Notes: a model not told the origin generated them from the sequence alone. A stretch of 64,000 nt of DNA from an uncultured Gammaproteobacteria bacterium (GCA_964536615.1 CAZHYG010000002.1:45000-108999); one strand, 5' to 3'; shown: positions 29,986 through 39,978, numbered from the stretch's first letter. Numbers and translations are program-made.

Positions 29986-30002
29986 TTATCCATAATGGAT
30001 AA
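29986..30002. promoter_or_regulatory. Perfect 17-bp palindrome TTATCCAT-A-ATGGATAA (candidate operator) at the predicted TSS
   Basis: 8-bp perfect arms around a single central base, 7 nt downstream of the -10 element. Confidence 0.4.
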
Positions 30003-30165
30003 TCGTTCTTTACAAAGTGCTGAAACGAGCAAAACTGCTAGTTTTAGCCAAATAATGAGTTACTACTGAAGACGCCTCTGGGCGAATATTTGCTTCTCTT
30101 CTAGACAAAGAGAGGTAGTTATTCGCCTAGAGGATTCAACTTCCCCCTCTGGGTAGGAGACCGCC

Positions 30166-30696
30166 ATGAGCAAGTCGTCCGTCAACAAGACCGCCGCGCT
30201 CGTGCGCGGCATCGTCCTGAGCATCCTCGTGATGCTCACCACCCTCCTCGCCGCCTGCGGCGGCGAGGACGACCCCATCGGCGACGCCACCACGTCGCCT
30301 GACGGCCCCGTCCAGCTGGACGGCGGCATCGACGCCATGTCGCCCCCCGATGCGCCGCAGCTGGACGTGTGCCAGCAACAGGACCCCCCTCCCCAGGGGG
30401 CGTACGTGATGAACGGAAAGAGCCTGCGGTGTGGCGCAAACGCCATGCCTGGAGACCACAACTCGTGGATCTTCGCCGGCTCCTCGGAGTTCTCCTGCAA
30501 CCTCGATGTCCACCCGGACACCGAAACGGGCGCAATTTGCGTCGTTCTGTGTGATGGGCACTTCGGCGCAGACTACACCAACCTGGTGGTGGAACGAGCG
30601 GGACTCCAAGGCCCCTACCGCTTCTACTACACCCCGCCGGGAGACGTGATGGAGTACGTGTGCTACGATCCGAGTACGCTCCCGTCTCAGTCGTAA
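30166..30696 (+). CDS. Small lipoprotein encoded in strongly GC-rich, foreign-composition DNA
   Basis: Signal peptide + 'LLAAC' lipobox; third codon positions almost all G/C; GGAGA RBS 8 nt upstream. Surrounded by AT-rich native sequence. Confidence 0.6.
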   Translation: MSKSSVNKTAALVRGIVLSILVMLTTLLAACGGEDDPIGDATTSPDGPVQLDGGIDAMSPPDAPQLDVCQQQDPPPQGAYVMNGKSLRCGANAMPGDHNSWIFAGSSEFSCNLDVHPDTETGAICVVLCDGHFGADYTNLVVERAGLQGPYRFYYTPPGDVMEYVCYDPSTLPSQS

Positions 30697-30760
30697 CTTT
30701 TGGGGCAGCTATCCGCGCTGCCCCGATCCGCTTAGTAGAAAAATAATTTTCTATTGAGCA

Positions 30761-30800
30761 AAATAAAAAATCGTTGTGTAATACAACGATTTTTTATTTT
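30761..30800. terminator. Bidirectional rho-independent terminator (AATCGTTGT-gtaat-ACAACGATT flanked by A/T runs)
   Basis: Perfect 9-bp stem; T-run on + after the island gene and T-run on - after the giant gene (which ends at 30813). Confidence 0.6.
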
Positions 30801-30812
30801 TAAAATATTATT

Positions 30813-33800
30813 TTAATTTGGCGTTACAACAACCTGCCCCGCAAATGGGGTGTACGCACCAATATTATCTTCACACTCATACTGAGGTATTGCGCCAACA
30901 GATCTATCGTAACACCCAACCCCACCTGAAGTTCCAGCAGATCCACAACTTCCATTACACCAACCCCAGTTATCTTTCAACTGTACAGCTGGTTTGAAGA
31001 CACAACATCCGCCATATAATGATTGGGTTTGCGCATCCGGACAAGTATTAGTCCAGCCGGTACCGTCGCGCGTACATTGATACACATGATCAAAACGGAA
31101 ATAGGCAGAGTCGCAAGTTTGTCCGATAATCTGACCAAAGCTTGGCGCCTTGCTTTCGGCTACACAATTATCCAAATACAAACAATCACTGCCCGACGAA
31201 CAATTTTTTCCGGTATCCAAATCGTATACACCTGCCGCGCCGGAAGAAATCATACACGTACCGCTGCTGCCGCAAATACCATTTACCGTACCGCGTTGAT
31301 TGCGGAAATAACCATCTAACGAAACTATATTGCCATCATTCCAGTCTAACTTAATTTTTTTCAACGGCATCTGATTTTTATCGGCAAAACCATAAAACTT
31401 AGCATTTACTACACCCACATTGGAACTAAACACAACATTACCGCTCGTTTTATCATTAACACTTATACCAGCGCTTAAACCTTCCAAACATTTACCTCCC
31501 GGCTTACAGGTGCCGAGCGGACGCACTTGCGGCGCGCGGTCTGGTGAAGATAATGTTTCGGTAAGATCATACGGACGAACCGCAGATGCATCACCAGCCG
31601 GCAACACACTGCTTATTTGCGTATTATTTTTATAGAAGAAGCCAGCAGATGGTGTCGAGCTAAGAGTCCAGTTCCATACACTGCTAATTTTGGCAAAAAT
31701 TTGCGAGAGGCTTGATTGCGCATCATCAAAATTACGCCCTGAAGCTTGGCCGGTTTGATCGGCGCGCGCGGAAGGATTTGTTTGCAAACAATTTCTGTCG
31801 GTACAAGCGTATGGAGAACCGACCGTTGCTGCAGGCAAAGCCGGAGTTGCGGCCGCATAATGAGAAAAAATTGAAATCAACTGATCCGGAACAAGCAAAC
31901 CTTGCATTGAGACACTGCCAAATGGTGAACCTGCTAAATTATTTTTATAATTTAATCCGGATGGATCTACGGCAAAATTACTTCTCTTCCACAAACGATC
32001 TGTCCAACCGACCGAAGTATATGGCGCATCTTTGGCTGTTTGCGCCACACTGGCACATGTTTCACGAAGACCCGCATATACATTAAATGTAGCATTTTCA
32101 AAATCAGTGCTTTCACCAGTAAAACAAACCAAACTTACATGATCAAGTTTTCCGCTCGCATCAAACATAGCTCGTATCGCACAACCATCATCATTATCAT
32201 CAACATTTTCATGTAAACAATTAGTTTGATAGTTATCGGCTCTTTCCACATCAACACTTCCACAATCTGCGCGAAGTAAATCTCTAAACTGAACTGCTGT
32301 TGTATCATACGGATCCGCATATTGATAATGCGGCAATGAAACCACGTCGCCCTGGCCATCATCCCATCGCATATACCACGCGCTTTTATCACGGCCATCA
32401 GACCAAACTTCTTGTCCGATATTTAACCCCGTTGCCTCTCCTGCAAATAACAACGATGAGTCGTTAACAAGATCTAAATTTGAACCATTGCCTGTAAAAA
32501 CTTGAGTTTGATTTGTATACTTACTTACATATCCATTTCTGATAAAAAATTTATTTGTACCATTAGGGAACCAGTCCGAATTTCCAGTTGCAGAAATCAA
32601 CAAATAATCAATTTCATCTCTGTAAACGGGCGTGCTAGCATTAACGGTCAACACCCTAATAGTACGATCATTTATCTGGTCGCTTTTTACCTCTTTGGTG
32701 CCTAATAATTTATCATAAATGGCAACATCACTACCCAACACACTTGTTACTGTTTGATTGCCTTTAGCATTTAAACAGTAGTATTTACCGGAGGCCTCAG
32801 TTGCTTGAAAACCAGCTTCCACATGCTGATTATTTATATCTAAAGCACCTGTAATACTGTCTTTAGGGAACCAGGTAAGACAAGCAAAACTTCCTTGTTC
32901 AGCATTTATCGGACGCGACAGATCTGGTTCAACGCAATATCCTTGCCAGCCAATGAGTTTGGACTGCTTCTTTAATTTTTGGCAAGTGCCGCCAGAACAA
33001 TCGCTATCAGTTGAACATACCTGATCAGCGTTATCTCCACCCACACAAATACCCGGCACAACACTCTTAAATATTTGCCCACTGCCACCAGCAATGCCCT
33101 GGCTATTCGGGTTATTGAAATTCCAATATCTTGTGAACGAATCACCGTATGATGCTTTGGTGTAACTACACTCGCAAGCATATGCCTTATCTCTGTCGGT
33201 GGTAGAGGTTGGCGATTCAGCACAGACGTTAACCGAGTTAAACAAGACTGAATTTTCTATATTGCTTGTATTTGGGAACGGGGATGTCTCCTCTGGATAC
33301 GCTCGGCAAGATGGCGAGATTGATTGACGAGGAGCGTTACTGGAAGCGTCATCTAAATTTTGCACACAGACTGGATTGCCTGCTCCCATACACACACCAA
33401 TGTTACTTCGACCGCAGGCCAGACCAACTGCATTTGATTTGCAGGCAGTGTTGTTTGGATTTGTGGTTTTACAATTTGCACCGCCGCCACAACCCATAGT
33501 TTTTGCCAAACGCCAATCGGTGTTTGTAGCACTGCCAACATTAACTTCGGATAATTCTTCCAACGGGAATGTATTTAAAATACTAAAGCCGCTAAAATCT
33601 TCTCCGCGCCAATCGGTACTTCGGTTGCGATACGCTGTTTCGGTCAATACTTGACCGCTCAAATCATGGGAATTATCAACCCAATTTGCACAATTAATAA
33701 GGCCATTACCTGTGGAACCTGAAACCTTATTACACCTTCCCACATCGTCACAAACCTCTTTATATGTGCCAGATTGGGGATCGAACACGCGATGCGAAGA

Positions 33801-36800
33801 TCGACACTGCAACCATTCGCCGCATTCTCTATCTCTACTTACTTTCAAAACTACATTAGCATCATTGACGGACGATCCTGAACCAGCAACCGGAGCAACC
33901 AATTCGCCATTTTGCGCTGTGCTGGCCGCATACGAAGCAGCTGTATTCCATAATTTATTTGGAGAATCTGTTTTATCAAACAAAACACAACCATTTTTTT
34001 CACTTACCTGGCCATTACATTGAGTCTGTTGCGATTTTAACTTATCGTCATTTATTAAATAATAAGTTTTATTATTTTCATTTCTGTCAATAAATTCGGT
34101 ACATCCGCTTTGCGCTGCGGCACATTCACCAACAAAATTACTGTATCTACCACTGTCACCATACGACCATAAGCCGTAATTATTGCCGGATTGCAGATAG
34201 CTTGGATAGCAAGCTTGCTCCCCCTTTCCCTGACATGTCGCGCCGCCTGTACAATCACTATCCGAAGAACATAATGCGGAACCTGACGATCCGCCGCCTT
34301 GGCAAACACCCACATCTTTCCAAAACCAACCATTATATTTAACACCATCTTTTACAACATTTTCTTTATAGGCACAAACTTTTTGACCGATAACTGCCGG
34401 ATCCTTAAAGAACAAAGATCCATTTGCCGAAGAATATGCGTTACATCCAACAGCCTCACTCTGACACAATGTTGTATCAAATGAAGCCGGATCTTTCTTA
34501 ATAAATACATCAGTATACACAGGTCCGGTCGGAGTTTCGGTAACTTTTCCGGCTTTGGAACAACCGACATCTACTGCGTTACAGGTTGTATTTCTGCTTG
34601 CAACCAAATATATTGGTGATGAAGTTGGTGTATCTGCTTGCACATACACAGTTGATGTGGAAACTACTCCGCCACCAGCAGTAATTTGAGCAATCGTAAT
34701 GCCGGTGGTATTAACATAACAACCGCTTTGGCCTAGCGCAACCTGGCATGTATATGAGGTTCCACCCATAATCTTTGTAACTGTTTGACCTTCCGGACCT
34801 GACAACCAAACATTATATGCGCGCGGTCCAGGATCATCAGGTGTATTGGCTGTATCAAAGAGAGCAGTGCAACCGATAGCATTTTCACGGCACAGCGAGG
34901 TGAAACCTGTTAAATATATTGAATTATTATCAGGTGTCTTGTATTGAGAGCAGCCAAGTGCTTCTCCTGGCAAGTTATCATTAACATTACTGTCGCATAC
35001 CGGATCAACTTTGAGCGTATTTTTTACCACATATATGTAATCGGAAATTTCTTTGAGGCTGACATTGTCTAAGAATAAACGGCCATTGACTATAAATTTA
35101 AGCTGAGTACTGCTAGCAGAGCCATTTAACTCTACTGGACCAAGATGATAGCTTTGCCAACTATCACCAACACTTACCGTACCCAGAGTTTGCACACTGT
35201 CATTTTCAAGAGTAACGGTTACTGTTTCTCCGGCAGATCCTTTTGCCCAGAAAACCAAATCATAACTTTGACCAGGCGTGAGAGATACGGTTTTAGATAC
35301 GAACTGTGAGCCCGTATATGACAATGAATGTTCGCCGGTGTGGGTTGATTCTAAAGATTGAGTTACTCCGTTAGCGCTCCAACCTGATAGAGCATCGCTT
35401 AATACTGACTGCTCAAAATTATTACTAAAAATATTGCGAACGTTATTGCCAGTATTGCCTTTGTACGCCCGACATGAACTTACTGTGGCTGCACAGGTCT
35501 TACTGGTTCCAGCCACATCTTGAGCACCGCCTGGCAAACCATAATAGAAACATTGCCCATCTCTATATTCACCGTTTTGGAAACATACTTGGCAAGTTTG
35601 CGTACCTGCATCAAATTTACCTTTATCCAAATCACATTTATCTTGACTTGAAGCTACTGTTTCCATTTCCGTGTCATTTAACCGATACGGAGTACACATG
35701 GTAGAAACCGTAATGGTTTTTGACAGCAATTTATAATAAACCTGTCCAGCATCATCGTTAAACTGCCGGCAATCCGGACTGGCTAGACCTGACTTATATA
35801 AAGACTCATTACATACTGCATCATAATCTTCTAACAAACGACTGCTGCGATAAAAATACTTTGGACTGCCATCAGAGTCTTGCTCCAACACAAATGATTT
35901 CAGTTGAAAACCGCCAACTGCAGAACCTTCGTAGGTATAAAATTTCTTTTGTTTGTTTGCGTCAGGCAAAATACATGGACGCAAATATGAGAAGTGCTCT
36001 ACTTTTTCCACGCCATTATTTGTATCACCTAAGTTGGTAAAGCTGGCACAACCTTCGTCAGCAGCGCTACATGCTGCGCCAGATGATGGGATAATATAGG
36101 CAACAGATTGGCCGCTAGAATAGCTGCTTGGCATTTCTTTGTATGCGCTATACCCGACACATCGAGCATCACATTGATCATTCCAAACAATTGCATCGTT
36201 TACAATTTGCGCAGGAGTAAATTTACCCGGAATACGATCTCCGCTATAGCTAGTCGGCTGATACCAGTTACAACTTACTTCATCGGCAATACATGCCGGG
36301 GCATAACTGCTGCATTCTGGTTTTGTTCCTAATTTATTCAAATCACTTGCGCTACGAGGCCAATCTACCGCAAGTGTTGATGTGTCTGTGTCATAACACT
36401 GAGCGTAATATGGCGCCTTCCGCAAATACAAATTATCTGCGGTACTGGCTGTTTTAAACGCACTACAACCATCTGAGTTGGCCGAACAATTTGTAGAAAC
36501 TTTATTATTAAAATAAATAACCGAATTTTCACCGCTGTTTATATCTGCCGGAGAGTAACCAGTCCATTGCCCCGAAGCATTCTTCTTTAAACTATACGCA
36601 GAGCAACCTACGGTATCTTGCGTACAAAAACCAGTATCCAACGTGCGATAGAGATAGCTGACGGTGACCCCATTGGCGTTTTGAAATGATTGGCAAGTGC
36701 GATACTGCGCATCGCATTTATTTGCATCAACTTTCCAAACATTTTTTTCTCTGGTGCAGTAACCTTGAGTGGCACAATTACCGTCTTTATCATAAGCGAC

Positions 36801-38426
36801 ACACGTGGTCATATCTACACATTCTTGGGTGCGATTAGCTGTGCCAGATAAAGCAGCTGGTGTAGAACCAAACGCCATAAAATTACAGGTGGCTGGAGGT
36901 GCTTTGATAACCCAGTTTGGATCAATGAGGTGACAGAATGGTTTATTTACAGGATCATTATCTACACCCACCACATTGCCATTTACGTCTTTAATAAAAT
37001 TACAGTCATTAAAACCATCAACCACTTGCTTGAGAGTCCAAGGCTTATCCGGATTGCTGTTTAACGTAGCGACCTCAAACCCAAGCGGCAAAATCCGCGC
37101 CTTACGCAATTTGGCAATGTTAGCATAACAATATGCGCGCTGATGACAGCTCGTGTCAGTGTTATCAGCGATGCGATCCGGGGACACAAGCTTCCATTCT
37201 CCGTGAAGCCAATTTTTTTCAATTGCTTCTCTTATAGTGACGGCCTTACCGACATTTGCTTCCTGTGCTGCTTGAGCTAACCCATTGTCTGCCACACAAT
37301 TTTCTGCGCTTGGGTTTGCTGGGCAGTTAGTGAAATTCAATAATAAATTATACTGATCAACACGCAGGTTAGGAGGGGTGAGCAGATCACTAAACAAAGC
37401 CTGCGCGGATTGTCTTCCGCCTCTGCCTAATTGACCTTCCAAACTACTAAGCGTATCTTGCAAAGTTTTACACCCTTCTCCACCCACACCGCCCACACAA
37501 ATTCCAAGAGGTAGCATGCCTTTTTCTTGCCAATTTTTTAACATCTGAGAAGCGAGCGTGTTGAAAAATAAAGAACCTGCGCTGGCAATACTGCCAATCG
37601 CTCCAGTGCCTAATGTGGCAAAAAATCCCGCTTCAGCAGATTTCTTTTGCTCGCTCGGATTTTGCGACTGCGCTTCTTCCGCAATATTTTTTGCCGGTGT
37701 TACAATCTCTCCCGAAATAAGAGTTGTTTTTGGATTGTACCCATCCCCCTCTTCGCGCTGCAGCTTAGCAGCTTCTGTTTGTTGAGCCACATAGTTATCA
37801 ATTTTTTCTGTGGCGCTAAGCAAAATACCCACATCTGTCTGCTCTAAAGAAAAAGCAACATTAAATTTACGGGCAATATCATCTGTGGAACCAAATTGAC
37901 TCTGCCAATTGCTGGCGCTTAACACTTCATTTTGAAAAGTTGACCAAGTACAAGTAGGTTTATTAACTCCTTGGGTTTGTGTATTAAGATTCGTATTAAG
38001 ATCCAAATATTTACGCGTCAAACCAATACGCATGGCCAAATCTATTTTTGGATCTGGGATTTTACATAAATTGAGGCCGTATGGAGAACCTAAAGCCTCA
38101 ATAGCCACACCGGCTGCATTATCCCCCACATCTTTCATGTAACTGCCGAAGTCTTTATATTGCGCGAACGGAGACTGGCCTTTATTGCCTGAGGCCAACC
38201 AAACAGCAGTATCATATGCAACTCGACGTAAAAAATATGAAAAAGACTGAATCGCAATATTTACCGCAGCGGTTTTAATAAAGCGTTCCGCCAAACTTGG
38301 TAAATCAGAAATAACTTCTACCGGGATTGCTTTGGCTGGACGAACATATAAAAACGAACCACCTACGCTTACAAATACAAAAATAAATAAAAGTATTTTA
38401 GTTGCGATTCTTTGAAACTTTGACAT
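30813..38426 (-). CDS. Giant (2537 aa) secreted Cys-rich cell-surface protein, putative adhesin with a beta-sandwich carbohydrate-binding-like region
   Basis: N-terminal signal/TM anchor; uninterrupted 7.6-kb ORF; many Cys pairs, Gly/Ser/Thr/Asn-rich; segment 'WQSYHLGPVELNGSASSTQLKFIVNGRLFLDNVSL' resembles CBM/LamG beta-sandwich modules. Confidence 0.6.
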   Translation of the reverse strand: MSKFQRIATKILLFIFVFVSVGGSFLYVRPAKAIPVEVISDLPSLAERFIKTAAVNIAIQSFSYFLRRVAYDTAVWLASGNKGQSPFAQYKDFGSYMKDVGDNAAGVAIEALGSPYGLNLCKIPDPKIDLAMRIGLTRKYLDLNTNLNTQTQGVNKPTCTWSTFQNEVLSASNWQSQFGSTDDIARKFNVAFSLEQTDVGILLSATEKIDNYVAQQTEAAKLQREEGDGYNPKTTLISGEIVTPAKNIAEEAQSQNPSEQKKSAEAGFFATLGTGAIGSIASAGSLFFNTLASQMLKNWQEKGMLPLGICVGGVGGEGCKTLQDTLSSLEGQLGRGGRQSAQALFSDLLTPPNLRVDQYNLLLNFTNCPANPSAENCVADNGLAQAAQEANVGKAVTIREAIEKNWLHGEWKLVSPDRIADNTDTSCHQRAYCYANIAKLRKARILPLGFEVATLNSNPDKPWTLKQVVDGFNDCNFIKDVNGNVVGVDNDPVNKPFCHLIDPNWVIKAPPATCNFMAFGSTPAALSGTANRTQECVDMTTCVAYDKDGNCATQGYCTREKNVWKVDANKCDAQYRTCQSFQNANGVTVSYLYRTLDTGFCTQDTVGCSAYSLKKNASGQWTGYSPADINSGENSVIYFNNKVSTNCSANSDGCSAFKTASTADNLYLRKAPYYAQCYDTDTSTLAVDWPRSASDLNKLGTKPECSSYAPACIADEVSCNWYQPTSYSGDRIPGKFTPAQIVNDAIVWNDQCDARCVGYSAYKEMPSSYSSGQSVAYIIPSSGAACSAADEGCASFTNLGDTNNGVEKVEHFSYLRPCILPDANKQKKFYTYEGSAVGGFQLKSFVLEQDSDGSPKYFYRSSRLLEDYDAVCNESLYKSGLASPDCRQFNDDAGQVYYKLLSKTITVSTMCTPYRLNDTEMETVASSQDKCDLDKGKFDAGTQTCQVCFQNGEYRDGQCFYYGLPGGAQDVAGTSKTCAATVSSCRAYKGNTGNNVRNIFSNNFEQSVLSDALSGWSANGVTQSLESTHTGEHSLSYTGSQFVSKTVSLTPGQSYDLVFWAKGSAGETVTVTLENDSVQTLGTVSVGDSWQSYHLGPVELNGSASSTQLKFIVNGRLFLDNVSLKEISDYIYVVKNTLKVDPVCDSNVNDNLPGEALGCSQYKTPDNNSIYLTGFTSLCRENAIGCTALFDTANTPDDPGPRAYNVWLSGPEGQTVTKIMGGTSYTCQVALGQSGCYVNTTGITIAQITAGGGVVSTSTVYVQADTPTSSPIYLVASRNTTCNAVDVGCSKAGKVTETPTGPVYTDVFIKKDPASFDTTLCQSEAVGCNAYSSANGSLFFKDPAVIGQKVCAYKENVVKDGVKYNGWFWKDVGVCQGGGSSGSALCSSDSDCTGGATCQGKGEQACYPSYLQSGNNYGLWSYGDSGRYSNFVGECAAAQSGCTEFIDRNENNKTYYLINDDKLKSQQTQCNGQVSEKNGCVLFDKTDSPNKLWNTAASYAASTAQNGELVAPVAGSGSSVNDANVVLKVSRDRECGEWLQCRSSHRVFDPQSGTYKEVCDDVGRCNKVSGSTGNGLINCANWVDNSHDLSGQVLTETAYRNRSTDWRGEDFSGFSILNTFPLEELSEVNVGSATNTDWRLAKTMGCGGGANCKTTNPNNTACKSNAVGLACGRSNIGVCMGAGNPVCVQNLDDASSNAPRQSISPSCRAYPEETSPFPNTSNIENSVLFNSVNVCAESPTSTTDRDKAYACECSYTKASYGDSFTRYWNFNNPNSQGIAGGSGQIFKSVVPGICVGGDNADQVCSTDSDCSGGTCQKLKKQSKLIGWQGYCVEPDLSRPINAEQGSFACLTWFPKDSITGALDINNQHVEAGFQATEASGKYYCLNAKGNQTVTSVLGSDVAIYDKLLGTKEVKSDQINDRTIRVLTVNASTPVYRDEIDYLLISATGNSDWFPNGTNKFFIRNGYVSKYTNQTQVFTGNGSNLDLVNDSSLLFAGEATGLNIGQEVWSDGRDKSAWYMRWDDGQGDVVSLPHYQYADPYDTTAVQFRDLLRADCGSVDVERADNYQTNCLHENVDDNDDGCAIRAMFDASGKLDHVSLVCFTGESTDFENATFNVYAGLRETCASVAQTAKDAPYTSVGWTDRLWKRSNFAVDPSGLNYKNNLAGSPFGSVSMQGLLVPDQLISIFSHYAAATPALPAATVGSPYACTDRNCLQTNPSARADQTGQASGRNFDDAQSSLSQIFAKISSVWNWTLSSTPSAGFFYKNNTQISSVLPAGDASAVRPYDLTETLSSPDRAPQVRPLGTCKPGGKCLEGLSAGISVNDKTSGNVVFSSNVGVVNAKFYGFADKNQMPLKKIKLDWNDGNIVSLDGYFRNQRGTVNGICGSSGTCMISSGAAGVYDLDTGKNCSSGSDCLYLDNCVAESKAPSFGQIIGQTCDSAYFRFDHVYQCTRDGTGWTNTCPDAQTQSLYGGCCVFKPAVQLKDNWGWCNGSCGSAGTSGGVGCYDRSVGAIPQYECEDNIGAYTPFAGQVVVTPN

Positions 38427-38437
38427 AGCGGCAAATT

Positions 38438-39043
38438 CTATGGATTATTGATATTGGTTGATGTTGCTGTAGCGCTCAACGCTTCTTGCACCATTTTTAT
38501 CAGATCAGCATCGGATGTTTTATCAAGTAAAGTTTTATCAAAACCGGCCTCAAGAAGCATCTTGCGAATCTGAGTTGGATTGCTGAGCATGGTTTCTAAT
38601 TCAGCCGCAGAAGGAGGCGGCCCAAGCGTGGAAGTGGCGGCTGCTACTGACGTTACTGGCGGGACACCATCACCGCTTAGAATAGAATCTGTACATGTTT
38701 GACCTTCAGGACAAGCGGGGTTAGTGCCTTTTTCAACTTCTTCTTTATCACTAATACCATCCGAATCGGTATCTTTTAAATATGGACTGGTAACATACAC
38801 ATACAACTCATCAAAATCATTAAGCCCGTCTTTATCGGTATCACGATACATCAAGCCTTCGTTGGTATCAATTTCTTCTTTGGTCGCATACGGAACATCT
38901 GAATTGAGCGCAAAAGGCGCATATAAAGTATTTCTAATTTTGAGCACTCCCAAACCAACCGCAAAAACAGCAAAAAGAGAAAGCATAAAAACACCCATCT
39001 TTTGCTGCTTGGTTAATCCTTGCTCTTCGTGCCCTTCTGGCAT
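38438..39043 (-). CDS. Membrane-anchored protein with thrombospondin type-3-like Ca-binding repeats
   Basis: N-terminal TM helix; 'DTDKDGLNDFDE' and 'DTDSDGISDKEE' Dx[DN]xDGxxDxxE repeats; immediately upstream of and co-oriented with the giant gene. Confidence 0.55.
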   Translation of the reverse strand: MPEGHEEQGLTKQQKMGVFMLSLFAVFAVGLGVLKIRNTLYAPFALNSDVPYATKEEIDTNEGLMYRDTDKDGLNDFDELYVYVTSPYLKDTDSDGISDKEEVEKGTNPACPEGQTCTDSILSGDGVPPVTSVAAATSTLGPPPSAAELETMLSNPTQIRKMLLEAGFDKTLLDKTSDADLIKMVQEALSATATSTNINNP

Positions 39044-39141
39044 AAAAACTGTCGGTTAAGTATATATAGTATAACACAAGGCAAGCCATCTGAGTAATGG
39101 GGATAACTACACGGTGAAGCACAACTAAAATTTAGGTGTGT

Positions 39142-39978
39142 TTAGGAGAGAATTGCTTGGGCCAGATCACGCCATTGCTGCACTGACAGCTCTTGCGGGC
39201 GCGCTTTTGGATTGATACCTAACATTTCAAACACCTTTTCAGTCTTTTGACGCGAACAAATACCTCCAATATTTTTGATAAGCATTTTTCTACGACTCAC
39301 AAACCCGGCTTTTACAATTTTAAAAAATTGATCATCTTCCTGCGCTGACGTAGACTGCGTATGATTAATATTAATCTTTATAACCGCTGAATCCACGGCT
39401 GGCACAGGCCAAAAATATGACCGAGGTACCTGCATGACAATTTCCGGATTACCATAATACTGAACTGAAAGCGCCAATACCGACATATCACCGGCCTGCG
39501 CACAAATTCTTTCAGCAACTTCTTTTTGCACCATAAGAACCAGCACGCGCGGCTTGCAGGCTGTTTCTAAAAACTTTCTCATCACCAAAGAAGTTATCTG
39601 GTATGGAAGATTAGCAACTACCGAATACGGCTCTGTTTGCAACACTGCTTGCTTCTCAAGTTCATACAGCACATTCCCCCACACAATTTCTATATTTTTA
39701 TATTGTTTCTGCAAACCATTCCAGTATGGTGTTAATTTTTTTTCAATTTCAAACGCAATAACCTGCTTGGCTTTTTCCGCCAAAGCAAGTGTTAACACTC
39801 CAAAACCAGGACCGACCTCTACAACCATATCATCTTTTGCAACCTCGCCAGCTTCCACCATCGCGGCAATCACCTCGGGTTGTAATAAAAAATTCTGGCC
39901 GTATTTTTTGGACGGAACCAAGCCATATTTTTGAGACAAGCTTTTTAAATATGATTCGTTATACAGCTGGAGTTGCAT
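39142..39978 (-). CDS. rsmA: 16S rRNA (adenine1518/1519-N6)-dimethyltransferase RsmA/KsgA
   Basis: 'KKYGQNFLL', 'VVEVGPGFGVLT' motifs; 278 aa. Confidence 0.85.
   Translation of the reverse strand: MQLQLYNESYLKSLSQKYGLVPSKKYGQNFLLQPEVIAAMVEAGEVAKDDMVVEVGPGFGVLTLALAEKAKQVIAFEIEKKLTPYWNGLQKQYKNIEIVWGNVLYELEKQAVLQTEPYSVVANLPYQITSLVMRKFLETACKPRVLVLMVQKEVAERICAQAGDMSVLALSVQYYGNPEIVMQVPRSYFWPVPAVDSAVIKININHTQSTSAQEDDQFFKIVKAGFVSRRKMLIKNIGGICSRQKTEKVFEMLGINPKARPQELSVQQWRDLAQAILS

Noticed and set aside
30063-30649. Multiple overlapping ORFs on both strands inside the GC-rich island (for example 30136-30609-, 30236-30535-, 30369-30554+), Arg/Gly/Pro-rich
   Set aside because: Such ORFs are typical stop-poor antisense or off-frame reading of high-GC coding DNA. 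Only the sense lipoprotein frame has an RBS, a signal peptide and strong GC3 skew.
31023-37847. Numerous 60-125-aa ORFs on the + strand inside the giant gene
   Set aside because: They are antisense to a continuous 7.6-kb ORF with a coherent protein composition, and have no independent support.
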